64,000 bases of DNA, taken from contig OZ024743.1 of NCBI GenBank assembly GCA_964016885.1, positions 323,144,001 to 323,208,000 on the forward strand. Direction: 5' to 3'. The position numbers and the translations under genes were made by a program. Positions 54,720 through 64,000 of the stretch are shown here, in pieces (position 1 is the stretch's first letter; each line of letters opens with the position of its first letter). The notes below the pieces were generated by a model. The model was given only the letters and a program-made list of their open reading frames with translations. It searched no databases and had not been told where the DNA came from. This DNA is from Eledone cirrhosa. Taxonomy: Eukaryota.

Positions 54720-56344
54720 ATGGATCAATAAGAGAATAGAGGTAGTTGGAGTTAATAATCAAATAATTAAGCTTAGATTAGTTGTAGGCAGGAGACTACT
54801 GACAATCATCTCTGCCTATGCTCCCCAAGCAGGCCTAGGCAAAGAAGAGAAAGACTGCTTTTATGAGCAAATTTTACAAACAGCTGCAATGACAGAGGAC
54901 GGAGACCTTGTTATGCTAGCAGGGGACTTCAATGGTCATGTTGGACAGCTACAGGATGGTTACACTGGGGTACATGGTGGGCACGGTTACGGCTCAAGAA
55001 ATGAAGAAGGAGTGAGACTTCTTGAATTTTGTGGTGCAAGTACATTGACTATTTGCAACACTAACTTCCAGAAACCTGTCAACCACCTAATAACGAGCAC
55101 ATAAGCCAGATTGACTTCTTACTAGTTAGGCGGCGAGACCCAAGGCATACCCTGGGGAAGAATGTACCCCACAGCATAGGTTAGTTTTTAGTGATATCTC
55201 AGTAAGAAAGAGATGGAATGAGGTGTGGAGAAGAAAGGTCTGAAAGCTAAAAGACCTTTCACTAAAATACAAATTTAGGAAAGCTCTTCAAGATGTATAT
55301 GATGAAAAAGAAGACGATTTAGAGTCGTATGACATAGATAACTGGAATTTCTTACGTGACAACTTAGTGCAGGCTACTGATGAAACTTGTGGCTGGAGCA
55401 GAGCTCCAACCAGACAGAGAGTGGCCTGGTGGTCGAACAGCACAGTAGATAGGGCCATTAGAGACAAAAGATTAGCATGGAAGGCTTGGAAAAAGGGTGG
55501 GAGTAGGGAAGGATATACAGCCGCTAAGAAAGAAGCTAGACGTCAGGTGTACTTAGCAAGCAGGGAGGCTGAGAGGAGGAGGTTTGCCAATGTTCTGCGA
55601 TGGGAAGATCAGAGGCGTGCGGTGTTCCACATTGCAAGGCAGTGTGTCAATGCAAATCAGGATGTTGGAGATAAATGTGTCCGGAATGATGCCAGTGTAC
55701 TTAGTGTCACGAATGATCAGAAAAAGGAGGCCTGGAAATGTCATTATGAGAGACTGATGAATGTGGAGAATGAATGGGAGAGAGAGAAATTACCCTCAGC
55801 AGATCTGACAGAGGGACCAGCTATTGAGATTGACAAATATAGGGTCCAAGAGGCGATTTAGGAAATGAAAAATGGTAAGGCTGCTGAACCGTCGGGGTTA
55901 GTTGCTGAGATGCTGAAGGCATCAGGGGATATAGGCACGAAACTGGTTGCACGCATCGTCAATCGGGCTATATATGGTGGTGTCATACCCAAAGACTGGT
56001 CAGCAGTATTCTCATAAATTGCTACAAAAGTAAAGGGGGATACTCTGGAGAGGAGCAATTATAGGGGCATAAAGCTGATGAATCAGGTTATAAAAATGGC
56101 AGAGAGAATATTAGCGCAACCGATTAGAGAAAGGGTAAAATTAGATGAGATGCAGTTTGGTTTTGTGCCTGGGAAAAGTACAACAGAAGCCCTCTTCTTA
56201 GTGAGACAACTACAAGAGAGGTTCTTAGAGAAGAATAAGCCACTATACTTAGCCTTTGTTGACCTAGAGAAGGCTTTTGATAGGGTACCCCGATCTGTCA
56301 TCTGGTGGTCCCTAAGGAAACTAGGTGTTGAGGAATGGCTTGTG
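54720..56344 (+). mobile_element. RTE family A internal fragment (APE to first half of RT), both ends missing
   Basis: [31 protein letters not shown]; overlaps 1880-2265 at high identity. Confidence 0.88.
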
Positions 56345-56367
56345 GTTACTCCTGATTGAACCCAGGA

Positions 56368-56421
<54 letters not shown>

Positions 56422-57412
56422 ACAGTTTTAAGTCAGTCAGAATCTTGTGTTGAAATTTTCACACAAAAATGTCACAAAATATCAAGCGATTAAATTTTAA
56501 TGCAACTGTATCTTGTTTATTTTTCATTATTTATTAGTCATTAATCATTAAACATTATCAGTTATTTGTCTTTTCATTATTCTTAATCACCATTCATTAA
56601 TTATGGCCTTGGTTACTGACAAGTGGTTAATGAATAATGATGATGTCACAATCTTATGATTACATCATGATATGTGGTGATGATGTCAGTTTTGTGACGT
56701 CATGCTGTTGCGACAAAGCAGGATGTGACGAAACTTTCACACAAAAATGTCACAAAAATCAATCAACCAATAAAATTTGAATGTTTCTTTTGTTTAATTA
56801 TTTTTCATTAGTTATTAATCATTATTGATTAGTCATTGATCATCAGTCATTAGTCAAATCCCAGCAAAAACAAGGCTTTGCTATGAGCAAGGTATAGCAG
56901 GGCCACCTGGCCTCACCCTCCTAACGGAACCACCCAGTTCAACATGGTAAATGTGGTTGGTATAAACATGGCCAAGGTTTAGGGAGGGCATCCAGCTGTC
57001 GTATAAACCCATCCAAAACACTGTTATACTCTAAACAAGGTCCGGCGTATCCAACTGGCTAGACATGTCCCATAATAGTAGCAGCCAGTTCCACACTGTA
57101 AACATGGTTGGTTTTAGGAAGGGCTTCCAGCACCATAGAAACCCAGCCAAATTACTGTTCCATTTGGTACAGCATGGCCAACTGGCCAGACTTGTCTAAT
57201 AACATTGATAATAATCTTGATATTAGTTATAATATTGGTGGTGGTTTAAGTTACAATAGTGGTGGTGGTGATGATATGAGATAAGGTGGTGGTGGTGGTA
57301 TGAGTTTCAATAGTGGTGCTGGTGATGGTGGTATAGGGTGTGGTGGTTGTGGTATGGTGATGATAAATGACTAAATGACACTACCAATTGCTATTTCTTA
57401 TTTCATTTTCAG

Positions 57413-57501
57413 ACATGGAACACGATGTGCTGGAGAAGTAGCTGCTGAAGCAGACAACGACATCTGTGGAGTTGGTGTGGCTTATAATGCACGTATAGGA
57501 G
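57413..57501 (+). CDS. Furin-like convertase exon with catalytic His (89 nt)
   Basis: tttcag|(R)[29 protein letters not shown](G)|gttaga; phases 2/1 fit neighbours. Confidence 0.96.
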
Positions 57502-58971
57502 GTTAGATTATTTGATTTCACTATTTTTCTGTTTATCATCACACTAATTAATGACTGAAAGAATATGATCACAAATACAAGCAACTGAAATGGGGTTCCT
57601 CCAAAGGATCTTTGGAGTAATGTTACTTGATAGAGTGCGTAGTTCAGAGATCAGAGAGTCACTCCAGGTAGAGCTGCTACTTCTCTGAATTGAGAGATCA
57701 CAGCTCTGATATTACAGGCATGTTGTTAGAATGTCTCAGGAAAGAATCGCTGGACAGATTTTACAGGCTAAACCAATTAGCAAGAGACCCAGGGGCAGAC
57801 CCCAAACAAGATCGTTGGATAACATCCATGAACTCTGTTAGTCTCGCCTGGGGATCCAGTCGGATCAATTAGTTGCTTCTGACAGGACTCACTGGAAAGA
57901 GTGTTTGAGGACTCAGCTTCAATAACAATTTAATGCCTCTGTCTTTATAACTGTTGACAATGATATTGTTATACTAATCATTGAGTATGGCACCTTCCTC
58001 TGCTACTTGATTAACTATGCAGGTGATTAGCCTGTGTCATACTCCAAATAATTTAATCATCTCAGTGACAATACTTAATGAGCCAGCTGCCTTCTCTATT
58101 TTCATATCCTTAATAATACTTAATGTAATGCCCCAGCACAGCCTAAGCCCATCAACTGGAACTGATAAAGGAAAAGATAAGAATGCATAGAGAAGTGGAA
58201 TGTATTGCATAAATTTGTCATGACGTATGGTGTAATATTGTTATATAAATATGTAGTGTTGTATTGTTATATATATATGTGTACTGAAGTGTGGTTTAGT
58301 GTTATATAAATATGTAGTGTGGTATGGTGTAGTGTTGTATTGTTATATATATGTACTGAAGTGTGGTGTAGTGTTGTATAATATGATGTAATAACTAATT
58401 AGAGTACTTTCAATATTTCCATGTTTCTAAAAGATACCTCAAGGCCATAACATATTCCAGCATTCCAATATCTTTGTTGTGAATCATATTGGTGTTTTTT
58501 GTTATTGTTGATAATTTTGCTCTTGCTGTTGTAGTTTGTATTGTCTAATTGTTTGTGTTGGCATATTTCAACAAACTAATGTCGAACTTGATAAACAAAG
58601 GTATTTGGAAGTATTTTGATAAAACAATATATGCTTGATGCTGTAATGGTGTGATAAATTCCTGTATTTACTGTGATTTTGGAAACTTAGTAAAGTTTCA
58701 AAAGACAATGAATTGGCAGTGCCTTGAAGCACATGACTAAATGCTTGGTGTTATTTGTTCCAGCTCAATGCACACTAGGTATAAATCCCACCGAGGTTAA
58801 CAATTCCTTTCATCTTTTGTGGTGTTAATAAAACAGACTGACTGAATTGTTTGGGCATTGGATGAGATTGTCTTGCCATATTTGTTCCATCTGAGTTCAA
58901 ATCTTAATTTGGCTTATTTAAGTGGTAGACTTAATCTGTCACCTGGTTTAACACTACCACCGGCTCCTTAA

Positions 58972-59166
58972 CCCTTTAGCATTTAAACTGGCTGTACCCA
59001 GCCAGAATTCTTTCACTTTTTTTGTTCAAACTGGATGTAACTAGCCACTCATACTTCTGTTAAGGTATTGTTCTCAAAATAAATAACATCAAAATCTCAT
59101 AGATTTAATATTGTGAGATAAAGCAAAATACAATAGTATATATTGAGTAATGTAAATGCTAAAGGG
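58972..59166. mobile_element. piggyBac-type MITE; partial copy at 59665-59840
   Basis: TTAA TSD; same TIRs as 52614. Confidence 0.88.
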
Positions 59167-60619
59167 TTAAGTGGTAGACATAACCTGTCACCTAGTTTAA
59201 CACCACCACTTGATCATTGAGTTCTTTTAGCAGAATCCACTGTATTGCAAGCATTTGGACCTCATCTCACCAAACTCAGATAGCAGTTGTAGTTTAGTTC
59301 CAGGTAAGCACTTATAAATTAGACATGATCCAAAGCATTTCTGCCATGGCCATCCTATCTTATTTTAGAGCTATATAGGATAAGATATCTGGAAGTATTG
59401 CTGTTATTTCTAGCAATTTGAGTGACCACTTAGAGGTTCCCTCGTTGGCTCATGGTGAGAAAAGACAGGTGGGTTATAGGAATAATATACAGTCAACAAG
59501 TTTGAAGGTTCAGAAAATATTTTATCTATGAAAAAAAAGATGATTGTTTAGGATAGAAGGGTAGTCCCCAACTTGTGATATACTGAACCCTTGGGCTTTG
59601 TACTGACCTTGTGAGCTTGTTGAGTAGACAAACCTTTCAAAATCTGGGATTCATGAGAAAATTTATTTAAACCGTCCGTATCCAGCCAGAATTCTCTCAC
59701 CACTTTGTGTTCAAACTGGCTGAAACCAGTTGATCATACAGTATCGTTCTCAAAATAAATATCAAAATCTCGTAGATGCCATATTATGTGAGATAATTAC
59801 ATGAGATAAAGCCTTTACCGTGAAAATACAGTAGTAAATATAATGTAAATGCTAATGGGTTAAATAAATGGAGTCCTTGGTAACATGAACTTCTCCACTA
59901 ATTGCTGGAGCTAGTGCAATAATGCAACAACTTCAGCAATCAACCATCAAAAGAAGGTAGGTATAAAAGCCAAACTTGCTATCTTCATTTTGGTATTTGT
60001 GCCTACTTTTACCTTTGGTCATGACTCTTAGATGGTAACCAATCGCAAATACAAGCGGCTGAAAAGGGATTTCTCCAAAACGTTTTGGGAATAACGTTAC
60101 TTGATAGAGTGCATAGCTTAGAGATCAGGTAGCCCCTGAGCAAGATGGTTGGATAACATCTCTGAGTTTGATTGGGCTCAGTTGTAAACAGTTGCTTCTG
60201 ATATGACCCTCTGGAAAGTTTGTCTGAGGACTCTGCCCACATAACCCCCCCCCCCACTTCCTAGGAATAAGTGAGCAAAGAAGAAGGTTCCTTTGTAGTC
60301 CTATAAAATAGACATTTAGTGGCAGCTGTACACAGTTGGCAGTAAGAGAACCAGTGAAATTATCTTTTTTCAGTCGAGGGAAGATATCACAGAAGTTGAT
60401 AGATTCTGTTACTTAGGTGACCTAATAAGTAGTGGAGAAGGTTGCTCTGATAGTAGCAAGAATAAGAAGTTGGAAAAAGCTCAGGGAGCTACTGCCACTG
60501 TTGACAAAAAAGGGATTTTGTCTCCAAACAAAGGGTAGATTATATGATGCCTGCTCAAGAAGTACAATATTGCAAAGATGTGGAAAGAATGAAACTAATA
60601 AAATTATAAAAGAATATAT

Positions 60620-60775
60620 ATGCTAATTGACACACACACATCTCCACTATCTCTCTCCCACTCTCTCTCCTCTCTATCTCTCCCCCTCTCTCTCCATCTC
60701 TCCCCCTCTCTCTCCATCTCACCCCCCCCCCCTCTCACCCTCTCTCTCTCTCCCTCTCTCTCTCTATATATATAT
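60620..60775. repeat. (CA)/(CT)-rich tract upstream of the splice acceptor
   Basis: Read directly. Confidence 0.85.
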
Positions 60776-60810
60776 TTTTTTTCAACAAAGTTTCTTCTGT
60801 TATTTTGTAG

Positions 60811-60983
60811 GCGTGCGCATGCTGGACGGATTTGTAACTGATGCTGTGGAGGCATCATCACTAAATTTGAAACCTCAATATATCGATATATATTCTGCCA
60901 GTTGGGGTCCTGATGACAATGGTGAAGTTGTTGATGGACCAGGTCCTCTCACTAGAACAGCATTTGCTAGTGGGATTGAAAAG
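60811..60983 (+). CDS. Furin-like convertase exon (173 nt, substrate-binding region)
   Basis: ttgtag|(G)VRMLDGFVTDAVEASSLNLKPQYIDIYSASWGPDDNGEVVDGPGPLTRTAFASGIEK|gttggt. Confidence 0.96.
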
Positions 60984-61053
60984 GTTGGTCATTATAATTT
61001 AAAATATTTCAGGGTTTTTTTGTTTATTAGTTTTGAAATATTTCCTGTTTTAA

Positions 61054-62647
61054 CCTTTTAGCATTTAAACTGGTTGTATCCGACCAGAATTGCTATCCTA
61101 AATCTCTTGTGATACTTGCAAAGAGATAAAAGGATCAACAATATCTTTTTTTTAGTGAAGAAATTAAGCAGATAATGAAAGACCAATATCTCTCAATGCT
61201 TTTTTATTAACTATACTTACTTTATTAAGCAGGCGTTTAGAAAATAACTTAAAAGATTCTTACATAAAATTATGAGGGGTGGTTTAATTTAAATGTTATC
61301 TCACTTCACCTCAGAGAGAGGGAGAGAAGGAGAAAGAAGTTAGATCAGATGACCATTTCTTGCTCATACAGAACTGTTTCTAGCTTGGATTTGAGGATAA
61401 ATCACTAATAGACATTTGAAGATAAATCACTAATATTATCTTTTGTTTTTTGTTCATTCTGAATGTCGTTGTGTGTAAAACCTTCAAAGTTGGTATCGCT
61501 ACTTTCATAAGCCATATTGATACACAAAAAATCTGTTCTACTTTCAACGTTAAAAAAACATCTTGTTTTAAGTTGTTTCACTATATTAAGTGTTAATTTT
61601 TGTGGTAAGGGCCGTATCTCGCAGTAATCTCGAATTGAGATTTTGATGATGGTTTGTTTATTTTTAGAACGATATTTTAGTGTGGGTGTTACCTGCCGGT
61701 TTCGGGCGGTTTGAACACTAAAGGGTTAAAGCACCCAGTCCTCCCTGTAAAGTGATAAACTGTAAAGATGATGTTTTAGTGCCATGATAAAAGGCACCTA
61801 GTCTACACTGTCAGTGTAGACTGTTGTGAAAGTAGCGATACTAACTTTGAAGGTTTTACACACGACATTCAGAATGAACAAGAAACAAAAGATAATATTA
61901 GTGATTTATCTTCAAATGAATCTGATGTTTACATTTCTGAAATTTCATCTGACGATGATTGTTGTTTTGAAAGTGAAAACGAAGGAGATCTCCAGGACGT
62001 CATTGAAAATATTACAGCAACGTGGTTGAAAAATACCACACCAATATATGTTCCCGATTTTATTAAAAATACTGGTCCACAACACACATTAGCTCCTGAT
62101 GCTAAAGCACTGGATTATTTCTTTTTGTTTTTACCACAAACTTTCTTCGAAGTTATGGCAGAAGAGATTAATCGATATGCCAAACAACAGATTTCAAATC
62201 GAGGAAAACCCAATCTGTTTGGCGACCGACAGATGCTGTGGAAATGCAAGCATTTTTTACCATAAATATAATGTTCGGTATAAAACAATTTCCAAGACTG
62301 TGGATTACTGGAGCACTGATATAAGGTTTAGTGATCCCTATATATCAAGTATTATGCCGAAAACAACGTATTTAAAATTAAACCAGTATTTGCACCTGGT
62401 TGATACTTCAAATGCCCCTATTAATTAATTTCACCTGCCCATAAATGTCAAATTTAACCAAAAAAAATCAGGTAAAATTATATAATTGTAAATTATTGAT
62501 ATTTAAACATCTACTGACAAAATTTCAAGCCTCCACATAGAAAATTAAGAAAATTACAAACAAATAAAATTGATATGAGTATGATTAACTCAAAATAATG
62601 TGAACAGATAAGCATGACATTTGAAAATTAATGCGAATGCTAAAAGG
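61054..62647 (+). mobile_element. piggyBac-derived region with transposase remnant (about 61830-62430)
   Basis: TTAA-CCTTTTAGCATT ... AATGCTAAAAGG-TTAA; ALDYFFLFLP..MAEEINRYAKQ and DYWST..ISSIMP..LHLVD resemble PGBD transposase N-terminus; extra right end near 61725. Confidence 0.75.
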
Positions 62648-62983
62648 TTAAACAAAAATATCATAAATAGCCATGAAGTATATAATTCAATTTCTAAGTA
62701 AATGGTTTGTGTAATTAATTGAATCATCCAATTAATTTGTTGTCCAAAGAGTTTTGTACTTGGAACTTGCTGGAACTTATATCATACTAACAGCTGAGAG
62801 AAGTGTAATTAGTTTTGATTTATAAATATTACACAATGTTGTTCTATTATCTATAATCAATGTCACTTTGATGTCTTGTGACTGACAGATGATTCAACAT
62901 TGATCACCTATTATCTACATGTAATGCCACAATAATTTTTTATTTATATTGATGTTAACTATGTATGTGTGTACATGTTTGTA

Positions 62984-63028
<45 letters not shown>

Positions 63029-63312
63029 TTTTACGTCCGCTTTTCTCTGCTTGTGTGTGTGTGTGTTTGTATGTAATGTCTGTGACACTTAAGGATCCAT
63101 AAGGATCTTCCAATTGAGAGGACTAACCATCAGGTTATAAATATAGATTCGGATTAAGTTTGTAGACTTTGTGGCAAACTCTGTAAGTCTCTCGTTGGCT
63201 TCAAAAAATCTCAGGTTCATAGGAACAACCAGCTGTGAGTCAATCTGTTAGTGATGGCCGTGCTCATCTGATGAGTAGACAGCCATCATGTATGTATGTA
63301 CATGTGTGAATA

Positions 63313-63970
63313 TATAAACGAACTAAGGGAAAAATTAGAAATAAGAGGGATCAGATGTTGTTTACTCGAGAGAAGACTACGTTGGTACGGTCACGTGATG
63401 CGCATGAAAGATGACAGCTGTATAAAAAAGTGCAGGGCAATAAAAATCGACGGTAGCCACGGAGTAGGCAGACCCAGAAAGACCTGGGACGACTTGATAA
63501 ATTCTGACCTTACACACTTACACCTCTTCAAGACAATGTCACTAGACTGAGATCTTTGGCGCTACACAGTAATACAGAAGATCCGCCTTGCCTAAGTACA
63601 AAGTGAAACCTACTACAGTCAGTAGGCACCTCTAACAAATACACCCCCGTCCCACTACCCCCACCCCATCCACACCACCCCTTTCAATGTAAAGTTATGT
63701 TGGTACCACAACATTCAGTCCGAAACAAATGAGGTCTGTAGGTGTCACGACAAAAAAACACAGTCCACGCTGTAATGTGGCCGTGTAGGTAACACGGTAA
63801 AACCTCCCAGTCCACACTGTAAATGTGGTTGGTGTTAGGAAGGGCATCCAGCCGTAGAAAACCCGCCAGACAGTCCTATGCGAGCAAGACAACGACCCTT
63901 GCCTCAAGTGGGAAAATTCCCGTCCAAACCCATGCAAGCGTGGAAGATGGACGTTAAACGATGATGATGA
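63313..63970 (+). mobile_element. RTE family B 3' end
   Basis: INELREKLEIRGIRCC..; 3'UTR; ATG tail. Confidence 0.9.
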
Positions 63971-64000
63971 TATTTATTTGATGGATCTGTAACTCCTGAG

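Noticed and set aside
56417-56850. Segment with repeated TTTCACACAAAAATGTCACAAAA
   Set aside because: No TIR, TSD or coding signal to support a class; noted only as an internal duplication
63262-63290. CTGATGAG motif
   Set aside because: No downstream GAAA or stem III; runs into microsatellite

Overview
Eukaryotic, AT-rich, repeat-dominated animal DNA. The repeat repertoire suggests a cephalopod/octopus genome (inference). One protein-coding gene is visible: six + strand GT-AG exons (37932-60983) of a furin-like subtilisin/kexin proprotein convertase. They cover the prodomain, the RRTKR|D maturation site and the catalytic Asp and His; the first and last exons were not found in the window. 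The rest is mostly mobile DNA. There are at least three recent RTE-clade LINE families with (ATG)n tails and a C4HC3 PHD-like finger inside the RT region, tRNA-derived SINEs that share RTE 3' ends, a full-length but decayed DD37D (maT) transposon, hAT/piggyBac/pogo-like MITEs, CR1 and Penelope-like remnants, and long (TA/TG) microsatellite arrays that host nested insertions. The most striking unexplained structures are two non-coding elements next to (TA)n, each with an outward-facing minimal type-I hammerhead ribozyme at both ends. One is a ~2.1-kb near-perfect palindrome (11430-13528); the other is a ~1.2-kb element with two different hammerheads (32917-34152).
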